DNA from: Myxococcota bacterium
Lineage (GTDB): Bacteria; Myxococcota_A; UBA9160; SZUA-336
Length of the DNA: 64,000 nt
Direction: 5' to 3'
NCBI GenBank assembly: GCA_965247115.1
Contig: CBDFGR010000002.1
Span: forward strand, 384,001 to 448,000
The notes below the pieces were generated by a model that saw nothing but the letters and a program-made list of their open reading frames with translations, had not been told where the DNA came from and made no database searches. Numbering within the stretch: position 1 is the first letter of the stretch; every line of letters begins with the position of its first letter. The translations under genes were made by a program, and so were the position numbers. Shown in pieces: positions 48,767 through 58,558 of the stretch.

Positions 48767-49282
48767 GTGAATACGCTCTGGATATTCGGCTACGCTCGCT
48801 CGTCTGGCGTCCCGCGTTCCCACACCGTGAGCGTCGGGCGGCCTTCATCGAGGGCTGGGAGCGACGCTTCTGGCAAGGCTCGACGGACCACCGGGGCGTG
48901 CCAGGGGCGCCAGGACGAGTCGTTACACTGGTGCCCTGCGAGGGTAAGACCTGCTGGGGCATGGCCTACCACGTGCCGGGCGAGGACGTCGCCGCCACCC
49001 TCGACCAGCTCGACCACCGAGAACGCGGAGGCTACGCGCGCCGGAACGTGACGCTCGAGTTCCGCGACGGCGAGCGAGTGGACGGGCTGATCTACGTCGC
49101 CACGCCTGCCAACCACAACTTCCTGGGACCCGCGGAGCTGATGGAGATCGCCACACAAGTCAGGGATGCCTCTGGACCGAGCGGCACGAACCAGGAGTAC
49201 GTCCCTACGGCTGGCAGATGCGCTGCGCGAGATCGATGCGGAAGACCCGCACGTCTTCGCCCTCGAAGCCCTCCTACGCTGA
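48767..49282 (+). CDS. chaC: ChaC-family gamma-glutamylcyclotransferase (two apparent frameshifts)
   Basis: WIFGY[G]SLVW, FWQGSTDHRG, PGRVVTL, LDHRE, GPSGTNQEY, then LRLADAL..DPHVFALE in another frame. Confidence 0.8.
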
Positions 49283-49289
49283 CAGAACA

Positions 49290-49384
49290 AGTCATGTGGG
49301 ACCCGGCCGCGGGCGTCCGCGGCCACCCACCTCCGCTCAGGGCTACGCCCTTCGCTGCGCGCGGCGCCGCCCGCGCCGCTTGCA
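49290..49384 (+). repeat. REP-like repeat, copy 7
   Basis: TGTGGGACCCGGCCGCGGGCGTCCGCGGCC...GCTTGC. Confidence 0.9.
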
Positions 49385-49505
49385 GGGAGGTGCGACGGCG
49401 GTCAGAACTGAACTTGGGAACCGGCCAGAGAAGTGAAGATTAAGGACCGTCCCCAAGTTGAGATTCCGTGGAGAACCGGCAACCCCCTACGGGGCTTGGC
49501 ACCCA

Positions 49506-49615
49506 TGCAAGCGCCGCGGAAACGCGGCGCGCGCAGCGAAGGCCGTAGGCCTGAGCGGAGGTGGGTGGCCGCGGACGCCCGCGGCCGGGTCCCACAAGAC
49601 CCGGTCCCACGTGAC
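49506..49615 (-). repeat. REP-like repeat, copy 8 (inverted partner of copy 7, partial duplication next to the arfB stop)
   Basis: Reverse-complement unit. Confidence 0.9.
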
Positions 49616-50035
49616 TCAGTCGTCGTCGCCGACGGGGCGGCGGCCGCGCTTCAGGGTCGAGCGCTTGCGCTTCTCGCGCAGCCGCTTCGCCACCGCTGCA
49701 CGGCCCGGCCGGGTCCGCTTCCGCGGCCGCGGAGCCCGCGCGACCTCCTCTAGCATGTCCCGAAGCTTCTCGAGACAGTCGCCGACGTTCCGACCCTGGT
49801 CACGAAAGCGCTGACTCGTCAGTACGAGATCGCCATCGCGAGAAACGCGTCGACCGTAGCGTGCGACGAAGCGGTGCCGCACGTCCTCGGACAGGCTCGG
49901 GCTCCGTTCCACGTTCCAGTGCATGGTCACCTTGGTGTTGAGCTTGTTCACGTTCTGGCCGCCCGGACCCGAGCTGCGCGAGAAGCCGAAGCGAAGCTCG
50001 CGCAACGGGATCTCGATCGTTCCGACGTGCAACAT
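49616..50035 (-). CDS. arfB: Alternative ribosome rescue factor B
   Basis: SSGPGGQNVNK; basic tail RKRTRP...RLREK. Confidence 0.94.
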   Translation of the reverse strand: MLHVGTIEIPLRELRFGFSRSSGPGGQNVNKLNTKVTMHWNVERSPSLSEDVRHRFVARYGRRVSRDGDLVLTSQRFRDQGRNVGDCLEKLRDMLEEVARAPRPRKRTRPGRAAVAKRLREKRKRSTLKRGRRPVGDDD

Positions 50036-50105
50036 CTCGGGAAGTCTAGTGCGCTCGCGGCTCGGTCGCCTTGACCGGCGCCGGCGCTCGGGAAAGAATC
50101 GCACG

Positions 50106-50525
50106 GTGGCCGACTCCGCACCCGCACCCCCTACCGGCGCACGCTCCTCGACCCTTCGCTACCGCGTGCCTTTCTACGACACCGACGGCATGCGCATCGT
50201 GCACCACGCGAACTTTGTGCGCTATTTGGAGCTTGCGCGCATTCTCTTTCTCGACGAGCACGATGTGCCGTACAAGCAGTACGTCGACCAGGGTCTCCAC
50301 TTTGCAGTGACGAACGTGGAGCTGGCATACAAGCGGGCGGCCTCGTTCGACGATCTTCTCGACGTCACGTGCTGGGCCCAGTCGGTTCGCGGAGCATCGC
50401 TGCGCATCGGCTACAGCATCCACCGAGGAGACGAGCTGATCGCAACCGCCGAAACTCGTCACGCCAGGGTGACGGACGCCGGCCGACCCGTGCGGATCCC
50501 GCCCGAACGCCGCAGCACTTGCTAG
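50106..50525 (+). CDS. Acyl-CoA thioesterase (YbgC/4HBT hot-dog family)
   Basis: RVPFYDTDGMRIVHHANFVRYLELAR. Confidence 0.88.
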   Translation: MADSAPAPPTGARSSTLRYRVPFYDTDGMRIVHHANFVRYLELARILFLDEHDVPYKQYVDQGLHFAVTNVELAYKRAASFDDLLDVTCWAQSVRGASLRIGYSIHRGDELIATAETRHARVTDAGRPVRIPPERRSTC

Positions 50526-50532
50526 GTCTTGT

Positions 50533-51741
50533 CTAAGCGGCCGGCACCTGGGCTAGCGCGTCGTCCCAGCTGGGGCGGTCGGCTAGCAAGCGGCGGTACT
50601 TGATGACGTCTCTTGGGCGGTTGAAGGCAAGGACGCCCGAGAGGCGACCGGCGCGACCGAACAGAACGGTGAACTTGCGCTCGGCGATTGAGCCCGCGAT
50701 CAGCTTGACCTCGTCGTCGGGCCGTACCTGGCCGGCGACCTGGATCTTGACACCGTACTGGTCCGACCAGACGAAGGGGACCGGCGCAAAGGGCTCGGCC
50801 GCCTCGGGCCCTGCGAGCAGGGTCTCCGCTGCTGCAACACCCTGCTCCACGGCATTGGTCCAGTGCTCCGCCCGCATCTGTTGCTCGAAGAGCGGGTTGT
50901 ACCAGCGCGCTACGTCCCCAGCCGCGACGACGCCCGGCGCACGGGTCGCACAGGTCGCGTCGCAGACGACGCCATCAGCAAGCTCGAGCCCCGAGGACCC
51001 CAGCCAATCCGTGACGGGAGCCACACCAATGCCCACCACGACGAGGTCGGCGGGGACCGCGCTGCCGTCGCTCAAGCGCAGCGACTCCACGCGTCCGGAG
51101 CCCGCGAAGCCCTCGACGCCCACACCAGTACGAAGGTCCACACCCTCTTCGCGATGCAGCTCTGCACACACCGCACCGAGCTCGCGCCCGAGCCCGCGCA
51201 GGAGCGGAACCTCGAGCGCCTCGATCAGGGTCACCTCGAGCCCGCGGGCCCGGCACGAGGAGGCGACCTCTGCCCCGATGAAGCCCGCGCCGACAATCGC
51301 CACTCTCGGACCCTCGGAGAGCCCGGCGCGAATCGCCAGGGCATCGTCGAGCGTGCGCAGCAGGTGGATTCCCTCGAGCGGCGGTGTGCCAGGGAGCTCG
51401 CGCGGAGCGGAGCCCGTAGCGATCACGAGGCCGTCGTAGGCAACAGAGGCCCCGTCGTCGAGCTGCACCCGTTGCTCTGCCACGTCCAGAGCGACCCCGC
51501 GGCGCCCGAGCCGCAGGTCGAGGTCGAGCTCGGCGTAGTCCTCCCGGCGGAGCGGCAGCCGGTCCACGTCCCAGGTGCCGGTGAGGATCTCCTTGGAGAG
51601 GGGAGGCCGGTCGTAGGACAGGTGCGGCTCCGCGCCGATCAGCGTGATCGTCCCGTCGAAGCCCTTCCGGCGCAGCGTCTCGACGGCGCGCAGGCCGGCC
51701 AGCGAGGCACCTACCACCGCAATAGCGCGCAGCGTCACCAT
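50533..51741 (-). CDS. FAD-dependent ferredoxin reductase-like oxidoreductase
   Basis: GASLAG, YDRPPLSK, IATGS, GAGFIGAE, AAGDVA, WSDQY. Confidence 0.92.
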   Translation of the reverse strand: MVTLRAIAVVGASLAGLRAVETLRRKGFDGTITLIGAEPHLSYDRPPLSKEILTGTWDVDRLPLRREDYAELDLDLRLGRRGVALDVAEQRVQLDDGASVAYDGLVIATGSAPRELPGTPPLEGIHLLRTLDDALAIRAGLSEGPRVAIVGAGFIGAEVASSCRARGLEVTLIEALEVPLLRGLGRELGAVCAELHREEGVDLRTGVGVEGFAGSGRVESLRLSDGSAVPADLVVVGIGVAPVTDWLGSSGLELADGVVCDATCATRAPGVVAAGDVARWYNPLFEQQMRAEHWTNAVEQGVAAAETLLAGPEAAEPFAPVPFVWSDQYGVKIQVAGQVRPDDEVKLIAGSIAERKFTVLFGRAGRLSGVLAFNRPRDVIKYRRLLADRPSWDDALAQVPAA

Positions 51742-51782
51742 GCGCTCTCCCCTCCCCGACCGATTCTAGCCTGCGCCCGCTG

Positions 51783-52718
51783 TCAGCGGATCGCGATGGG
51801 GTTGATCACCATCTGTACCGCGCCCTCGAACCTCGGCGTTCCCAGCACGAAGAGAAACTCCCAGGCCTCGTCGGCGACGAGCTCGTCCGTCCTGATGTTC
51901 TCCAGGATGTAGACGCCGTGCTTCGCGAGCAGCAGCTGGTGCACGGGGTAGACCTGAGACGAGTCTTCGGAGGGGAGAACCTCGAGGGCCCAGCCGTCCG
52001 CTCCCACCGCCACGACACCGAGCCCTGCCAGGTACTCGGCCCCACCCGTGCCGAGACCGGGTTGACCCGCAAGGAACTGCTCTGGATCGCTCTCGGACAG
52101 CGCCTGCCAGCCCGTGTTCAGGATGACCACGTCGCCGTGTCGCACGGCCACAGCTTGGCGCTTTGCGGCCGCATCGATCTCCTTGCGGTTGATGGCAGTG
52201 CCTGCGGCAAGTCTCTCGACGCCGTGCAGCGCCGCAACGTCCAGCAGCACGCCGCGCGTCACGATCGGCGGCAGGGCGTGCGTTCCGAACTCGATCAGCC
52301 CGTCCGGCCTCAGGAAGTCGGACGCGGGCGTACCGTTGTAGTAGCGGTGGTCGATGCCGAGGTGTCCCAGCCCGTCGAGCTGTGTTCCGATGCCGAGCCA
52401 GCTCAGAAGCAGGTCGTCGTTGTAGGTCATCAGGTTCGTGCCCGCCCCGGGCGCCGACGCATCTCCTCCCGTCATGGTAAGGAGCTGGAAGCTCCGCGTC
52501 CCGAAGGCCGGGGTGGCGCGACCCGTCACGACTCCGAGCGCGTAGGTCTTCCCGGTGCGGACGAGCTTCGCCGCCTCGAGGACCTTCGCTGGCGAGAGAT
52601 TGTTGATCGCTCCCAGCTTGTCGTCGGCCCCGTACTTCGACGGGTACCAGTCATCCTCCGCGCGAACCGGGGTGGCGAGCGCAAGGGCAAGCAGACAGAT
52701 GGTGACACTGGTACGCAT
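51783..52718 (-). CDS. Secreted cyclase-family (kynurenine formamidase-like) metal hydrolase
   Basis: Signal peptide; GTQLDGLGH, RGVLLD, VHQLLL..GVYILEN. Confidence 0.88.
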   Translation of the reverse strand: MRTSVTICLLALALATPVRAEDDWYPSKYGADDKLGAINNLSPAKVLEAAKLVRTGKTYALGVVTGRATPAFGTRSFQLLTMTGGDASAPGAGTNLMTYNDDLLLSWLGIGTQLDGLGHLGIDHRYYNGTPASDFLRPDGLIEFGTHALPPIVTRGVLLDVAALHGVERLAAGTAINRKEIDAAAKRQAVAVRHGDVVILNTGWQALSESDPEQFLAGQPGLGTGGAEYLAGLGVVAVGADGWALEVLPSEDSSQVYPVHQLLLAKHGVYILENIRTDELVADEAWEFLFVLGTPRFEGAVQMVINPIAIR

Positions 52719-52821
52719 GGATGATCCCCTTTACCGAGTAGAACCGTATTCAATCAGCTGCGGGCGACCCGCTCAATACGCGCTCGCCGCGTGGGCAACG
52801 CGCCTCCGATACACTCTGCTC

Positions 52822-53868
52822 GTGACTGCCCCGGAGCCTCGCGTCGGTCTCCTGCTTCTGAACCTCGGTACGCCCGCTTCAGCGGGAGCTCCGGACGTCC
52901 GGCGCTACCTGCGCCAGTTCCTGAGCGATCCGCGCGTCATCGACGCATCGCCCCCGGCCAGGGCAATCGCCGTCGCTGCAGCGGTGCTCTTCCGCGCTCC
53001 GAAGTCTGCAGCGGCATACGCCAAGATCTGGACCGCGAGCGGCTCGCCGCTCCTGGTGCACGGTCACAGCCTGCGCAGCGCGGTGGCCGAGCGTCTCGGA
53101 GAGCGGGCCGTGGTGGAGCTGGCGATGCGCTACGGAGAGCCAGCCGTGCGTGCGGCGCTCGAGCGGCTGGTGGCGGCCGAGGTGGAGCGCATCGTCGTGC
53201 TGCCCCTCTTTCCCCAGTACGCGTCGTCCTCGTCCGGATCCGCACTGGAGCTCGTGCTGCGCAGTGCAGCAAAGCTGTGGAACGTGCCGCGCCTCGAGAC
53301 GCTGCCGGAGTTCTACGACCATGTGGGTTTCATCGCCTCGCTGGCAGAGGTCGCTCGGCCGCACCTGGCAGACGCGGGCGCGGAGCACCTGCTCCTGAGC
53401 TACCACGGCCTCCCGGAGCGCCAGGTGCGAAAGAGTGACGCGAGCGGCGGCCACTGCCTGCGCTCGGCGGACTGCTGCGACCGCATGGGCGTCGCGAACC
53501 GACGCTGCTACAGGGCGCAGTGCGCGGCGACGTCGCGCGCGCTCACCAGCGCGCTCGATCTCGACCTGGGTTCGTGGTCGATGTCGTTCCAGTCCCGGCT
53601 CGGACGCACTCCCTGGATTCGTCCAGACACCACGGACGTCCTGCCCGAGCTCGCCGGCCGCGGCGTCAAGCGGCTCGCGATCATGTGTCCCTCGTTCGTC
53701 GCCGACTGCCTCGAGACGCTCGAAGAGATCGGCATCCGTGGGCGCGAGCAGTGGCGAGCACTCGGCGGCGAGTCGCTCGAGCTGATCCCGTGCCTGAACG
53801 CCCACCCGCGTTGGGTCGACACGATCGCGAGCTGGGTGCGACTCCCGGACCCTGGAGGCTCGGAATGA
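52822..53868 (+). CDS. hemH: Ferrochelatase
   Basis: LLNLGTP, FLSDPRV, MRYGEP, PLFPQY, SYHGLP, FQSRLG, DCLETLEEI. Confidence 0.95.
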   Translation: MTAPEPRVGLLLLNLGTPASAGAPDVRRYLRQFLSDPRVIDASPPARAIAVAAAVLFRAPKSAAAYAKIWTASGSPLLVHGHSLRSAVAERLGERAVVELAMRYGEPAVRAALERLVAAEVERIVVLPLFPQYASSSSGSALELVLRSAAKLWNVPRLETLPEFYDHVGFIASLAEVARPHLADAGAEHLLLSYHGLPERQVRKSDASGGHCLRSADCCDRMGVANRRCYRAQCAATSRALTSALDLDLGSWSMSFQSRLGRTPWIRPDTTDVLPELAGRGVKRLAIMCPSFVADCLETLEEIGIRGREQWRALGGESLELIPCLNAHPRWVDTIASWVRLPDPGGSE

Positions 53869-54518
53869 AGCGCGCAGAGAAGGCCGAGCGGATCCAGAAG
53901 ATCCTCGACGAGCTGTTTCCGAAGCGACTCGTACCCCTAGATCACGTGGACCCCTACACCCTGCTGGTCGCAGTGCTGCTGTCCGCCCAATGTACGGACG
54001 TCCGAGTGAACCAGGTGACCCCGATCCTGTTTGCACGAGCCTCCACGCCGCAGGCGATGGCCGCGCTCTCCGTGCCCCTCATTCGCAGCATCATCCGACC
54101 CTGCGGCCTGGCGCCCGCCAAGGCCAAGAACATCCACGGGCTGTCGAAGATCATCACCCGAAAACACGGCGGGCGGGTCCCCGAGAGCTTCGAGGAGCTG
54201 GAAGGTCTCCCCGGTGTCGGACACAAGACGGCAAGCGTCGTCATGGCGCAGGCGTTCGGAGTGCCGGCTTTCGCCGTCGACACCCACATCCACCGACTCG
54301 CTGCGCGCTGGGGCCTGTCGAACGGGAAGAACGTCGTCCAGACGGAGCGCGATCTGAAGAAGGTCTTTCCACGCGAGGACTGGGGCAGCGTCCACCTGCA
54401 AATCATTTACTTCGGCAGGCAGCACTGTCCCGCGCGCGGGCACGACCTATCGACTTGCCCGATCTGCTCCTGGGCCGCGTCCAAGCGCCGCATCGCGGCG
54501 GAGGCGCGGCGCCGCTAG
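53865..54518 (+). CDS. nth: Endonuclease III
   Basis: LLSAQCTD, LPGVGHKTA (HhH), VDTHIHR. Confidence 0.94.
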   Translation: MKRAEKAERIQKILDELFPKRLVPLDHVDPYTLLVAVLLSAQCTDVRVNQVTPILFARASTPQAMAALSVPLIRSIIRPCGLAPAKAKNIHGLSKIITRKHGGRVPESFEELEGLPGVGHKTASVVMAQAFGVPAFAVDTHIHRLAARWGLSNGKNVVQTERDLKKVFPREDWGSVHLQIIYFGRQHCPARGHDLSTCPICSWAASKRRIAAEARRR

Positions 54519-54534
54519 CAGGGGTGGCTCGCAC

Positions 54535-55938
54535 TCAACGAGCGGTCTCGGCCCGGCGCGCATCCAGGGCCGCGCGGACCTCCGCATGCTCCGCCTCGTT
54601 GAGGCGGAAGCGCGAGAAGATGGCCGCCCCGAGCAGGAAGCAGACCAGCGGGTACAGCGCGTACAGGGCCAGGATCGCGGTCTTCACCGTCTCGGTCTGC
54701 TCGGCGTTCGGAACGTAGCCGGAGAACTGGAGCACGAAGCCCGTGAAGAAGAGCGTGACGCCGAACGACAGCTTGAAGACGAAGTTCCAGGCGGAGAAGT
54801 ACGCACCCTCCTTGCGCTCGCCGGTCATGTACTCGTCGTAGTCGATGACGTCGGTCTGGACCGAGGGGCTCACGGTGCCACCGCAGCCGGCGGCCAAGCC
54901 TGCTGTGAACGCGAGGGTGGTGATCAGGCCGATGCTGCCCTCCTCGAGAAAGAACATCCCGCCAAAGGAGAACGCGGTCAGAATCATGGAGAACATCCAC
55001 AGGTGCTTCTTGCCGAACCTGCGCGACAGCGGGATCCAGAGCGGGACCGAGGCAAAGGACGGGATCATGTAGCAGAGGATGAAGAGCGGTGCGAGCTGCG
55101 GCCTACCCACGACGTACTGGGCCACGTAGAGCGTGAGGATGCCGATCGTCGCGGCGCCGAGGTTCTCGATGAGGGTCACGATCAAGAGCAGCCGCGCGTG
55201 CGGGTTCGCCCAGACGTCCGCGAAGGCCTTGAAGGGTCGCTGGCCCCCGCGGCCCTGGTACTCGGGACGCTCGCGGAGCCGCATTGACGCGACGAGGATC
55301 ATGGCCCCCGTGAGAATCGACGCGGACAGCGCCAGCTGCTGCGCCATCTGCCGCGAGCTGGCTTCCCCTGCAGCCTCGGCGCGGATGAGCAGGGCCATGC
55401 CGACGAGCGACAGGATGGAGCCGACCGTCCAGACCGCGTGACGAACGCCGAAGATCCGGCTCCGGTCGTGGTAGTCGACGGTCAGCTCCGCCCCGAGTGA
55501 CATGTGCGGCACGATGAAGATGGTCATCGCGGAATAGAAGAGGAACACGCCGATCGCCATCCAAGCGACGAGCGGCGCGCCCCGGAGCGCCTCCGGGGGC
55601 GCGAAGACCATCACGTACGCAAGGCCGATCGGGAAGGCGCTCACGAAGAGCCACGGCCGGCGCCGCCCCGCACGGTGGCTGGTGCGATCACTCAGGTAAC
55701 CGGCAACGGGATCGGACAGCGCGTCCCACACGCGTGACAGTCCGAAGATCACGCTCATCGTTGCCGGCGCGATGAGCAAGACATCGGTCGCGAACTTCAT
55801 CAGGTAGAGGCCGACCAGGAGGAACATGTAGCCCGCACCCACGGTAGGGAGCGAGTAGGTGAGGATCGTTCCAAGTGCGAGCGGCTCCCCGCGCGCTTGC
55901 GCGCCTGCAGCCTCAAGCGTCTGCACCTGGTCGGTCAC
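54535..55938 (-). CDS. GPH/MelB-family MFS cation symporter
   Basis: WDALSDPVAGYLSDRT..GRRRPW; DVIDYDE..GERKEG. Confidence 0.92.
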   Translation of the reverse strand: MTDQVQTLEAAGAQARGEPLALGTILTYSLPTVGAGYMFLLVGLYLMKFATDVLLIAPATMSVIFGLSRVWDALSDPVAGYLSDRTSHRAGRRRPWLFVSAFPIGLAYVMVFAPPEALRGAPLVAWMAIGVFLFYSAMTIFIVPHMSLGAELTVDYHDRSRIFGVRHAVWTVGSILSLVGMALLIRAEAAGEASSRQMAQQLALSASILTGAMILVASMRLRERPEYQGRGGQRPFKAFADVWANPHARLLLIVTLIENLGAATIGILTLYVAQYVVGRPQLAPLFILCYMIPSFASVPLWIPLSRRFGKKHLWMFSMILTAFSFGGMFFLEEGSIGLITTLAFTAGLAAGCGGTVSPSVQTDVIDYDEYMTGERKEGAYFSAWNFVFKLSFGVTLFFTGFVLQFSGYVPNAEQTETVKTAILALYALYPLVCFLLGAAIFSRFRLNEAEHAEVRAALDARRAETAR

Positions 55939-56044
55939 CGAGCGAAGCTTAACATTCTCGCGGGGTTCGGCGCCTCGCGCGTTCTCGCGGGGTTCGGCCC
56001 CGCGCGAGTCCTGGAGAGTTGGCGCTTTCGGACCCCGGTCCGTG

Positions 56045-58558
56045 CTACGTGCCGATGCGGGTGACCTGAAGGAGGGGGACGCCCGGTTGGACCTCGTCGG
56101 GGAGGTCGACTTCCGCTTGCAGGTGCCAGATGCCGTCGTCGGCGGGATCGAGGAGGATCTGGATGGCCCTCCAGCGCTTCGGACCGGACGACTCGATCTG
56201 GGAGTATTCGGCCAGACGGGCGCGGGGTGTGAAGTCGATGCGCTCGTACTCCTCCAGGTATGGGGCCATGGCTAGCCGGAAACGCAGCGCGTCCCACGGG
56301 TCTTCGGGGTCCTGGCGGACGCAGCGGGCAGCTTCTTCGTAGTCTGCTGCGGCAAGAGCCGCGACCAGTCGGTGCAGCTCGGCACGGATGCGCGCCCGCA
56401 CGGCACGGGGATCTGCGGCGAGATGGGCTGCCAGATCTGCCGTGGGCTCATCGGCGGCGTCCGCCGTCTCCGGCGACACCAGCCCCTCCCACTCGGTGAG
56501 GAGGCTCGAGTCGGCGCGCTCGATCAGCAGACGAAAGAACGCGAGCACGTCGCGGACCTCTTCGGTCTTCGTGGCATCGGACGTGCCCTGCAGCAGTGAG
56601 TTGTAGACCTGGCCGAGGTAGCGCAGCAGGAGGCCCTCCATGCGTTGCATGCCGTAGTGCCGGATGTAGTGCTCGAAGCTGTAGTAGCCCTCGAACATCT
56701 CACGCGCGATCGACTTGGGACGCACGTCATCGCGGTGCACCCATGCGTGCTGCTCGGCAAAGAGAGCGAAGGTCTGCTGGATGAACTCGGCATTGGGCTG
56801 GGGCGGCTCGATTTCCTCGAGCAGCCGCACGCGCTCCTCGTAGGGAACGCGCTCTGCCTTCAGGTGCGCCAGCAGGTCGCGTTTGATCCGGTCCCGCTGC
56901 GCGCGCAGGAGTGCGGTCGGGTCTTCCAGGATGGCCTCGACGAGGCTCACCAGGTCGAGCGCGTAGTCCGGCTCGTCCACGTCGAGGTAGCCGCTGGCTT
57001 CTACCAGGTAGAGAGAGAGCGCGTGGTGGAGCGAGAAGTCCCACTGCAGCTCGTCTGGCACGCGCAGGCGCCGGCCGGCCGAGTTCGGCTCGCGCGCCAG
57101 CTCGACGACGCCGGCGCTACGCAGCCCCCGCACCAGCTTCGCGGCATCGCGGCGCAGCCATCGCTTGCGGACCGCGCTCTCGTGGCTCATGTCGATCAGC
57201 TCGATCAGGGCGCGGTAGGGCCGCGACGGATCGGGGGACGTCTCCTCGCGTCGAAGCACGTTGACGACGGCTCCATGCGTCACCCGAAAGCGCGATACCA
57301 GGGGCTCGGGAGGCCGCTCGATCAGGCTCTGGAACGTGGTGTGGTCCCAGGAGACGAAGCCGCGAGGCGCTCTGCGCCCGCTCTTCTTTTTCCCGCGGGC
57401 CAGCGCGCGCTTGCGCTCGATCACGTGCTCGGGCGCCTGACAGACCACGCTCCCCCGCTCGTCGAAGCCCTTGCGGCCCGCGCGTCCCGAGATCTGCTTG
57501 AACTCGCGCACGCGCAAGACGCCGAGCCTCCGCCCGTCGAACTTCGTCAGCCGCGTGAAGAGCACGGTGCGGATCGGGATGTTCACGCCAACACCCAGCG
57601 TGTCGGTCCCGGAGATCACCCGGAGCAGGCCACGTTGGGAGAGCTGCTCGACCAGCAGTCGATACTTCGGCAGGAGCCCCGCGTGGTGCACGCCGATCCC
57701 CGCGTGGATGAAGCGGCGGAGGTCCCGTCCGTACGGTGTGTCGAAGCTGAAGTCTCCGAGCGCTGCCGTGATCGCGCGTCGTCCCTCCGCACTCACGAGC
57801 CTGAGGCTCGTCAGTCCTTGCGCGAGCTCCGCACACTCACGCTGGCTGAAGTTCACGACGTAGATCGGCCCCTTGCCGGCTTCGAGGAGGTCCGCGACGG
57901 TCTGGGCGAGCGGGGTCTTCCGGTACTCGAAGTCGAGCGGGACCGGACGCTCGTCGGAGTCGACGAGGACTACCTCGGTCCCGGTGCGACGCGCGAGATC
58001 CTCGCGGATCTCGCGCGTATCGCCGAGCGTCGCGGACATCAAGAGGAAGATCGTGTCGGGTAGCAGCAGCAAGGGGATCTGCCAGGCGACTCCCCGCGCC
58101 GGGTCCGCGTAGTAGTGAAACTCGTCCATGACCACGTAGTCCACCGGCAGCGCGCTGCCCTGACGCAAAGCCATGTTCGCCAGCACCTCGGCCGTGCAGC
58201 AGATGATCGGAGCGGCCGTGTTGATGCTCGCATCCCCGGTCAGCATGCCCACGTTCTCCGGACCAAAGTCGCCGCACAGCGCGAAGAACTTCTCGCTGGC
58301 GAGAGCCTTGATCGGCGCGGTGTAGAACGAGCGCCTCCCCTCGCAGAGCGCCTTCCAGTGAAGTGCCGTCGCAGCGAGGGACTTGCCCGAGCCCGTGGGC
58401 GTGTTCAGCACCACGTGCCGACCGGCCATGAGCTCGAGCCACGCCTCCTCCTGAGCCGGATAGGGCTCTAGACCCTGGCTCGCGATCCAGTCCAGGAAGC
58501 GGTCCAGGATCTCGTCCGCGTCGAGCTTTCCGATTCGCTCGAGGCGGTCAACCAACAC
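56045..58558 (-). CDS. Ski2-like DEAD/DEAH helicase with DUF3516-like C-terminus
   Basis: PTGSGKS, APIKAL, DEFH, MSAT, HHAGLLP, QISGRAGR. Confidence 0.92.
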   Translation of the reverse strand: MLVDRLERIGKLDADEILDRFLDWIASQGLEPYPAQEEAWLELMAGRHVVLNTPTGSGKSLAATALHWKALCEGRRSFYTAPIKALASEKFFALCGDFGPENVGMLTGDASINTAAPIICCTAEVLANMALRQGSALPVDYVVMDEFHYYADPARGVAWQIPLLLLPDTIFLLMSATLGDTREIREDLARRTGTEVVLVDSDERPVPLDFEYRKTPLAQTVADLLEAGKGPIYVVNFSQRECAELAQGLTSLRLVSAEGRRAITAALGDFSFDTPYGRDLRRFIHAGIGVHHAGLLPKYRLLVEQLSQRGLLRVISGTDTLGVGVNIPIRTVLFTRLTKFDGRRLGVLRVREFKQISGRAGRKGFDERGSVVCQAPEHVIERKRALARGKKKSGRRAPRGFVSWDHTTFQSLIERPPEPLVSRFRVTHGAVVNVLRREETSPDPSRPYRALIELIDMSHESAVRKRWLRRDAAKLVRGLRSAGVVELAREPNSAGRRLRVPDELQWDFSLHHALSLYLVEASGYLDVDEPDYALDLVSLVEAILEDPTALLRAQRDRIKRDLLAHLKAERVPYEERVRLLEEIEPPQPNAEFIQQTFALFAEQHAWVHRDDVRPKSIAREMFEGYYSFEHYIRHYGMQRMEGLLLRYLGQVYNSLLQGTSDATKTEEVRDVLAFFRLLIERADSSLLTEWEGLVSPETADAADEPTADLAAHLAADPRAVRARIRAELHRLVAALAAADYEEAARCVRQDPEDPWDALRFRLAMAPYLEEYERIDFTPRARLAEYSQIESSGPKRWRAIQILLDPADDGIWHLQAEVDLPDEVQPGVPLLQVTRIGT

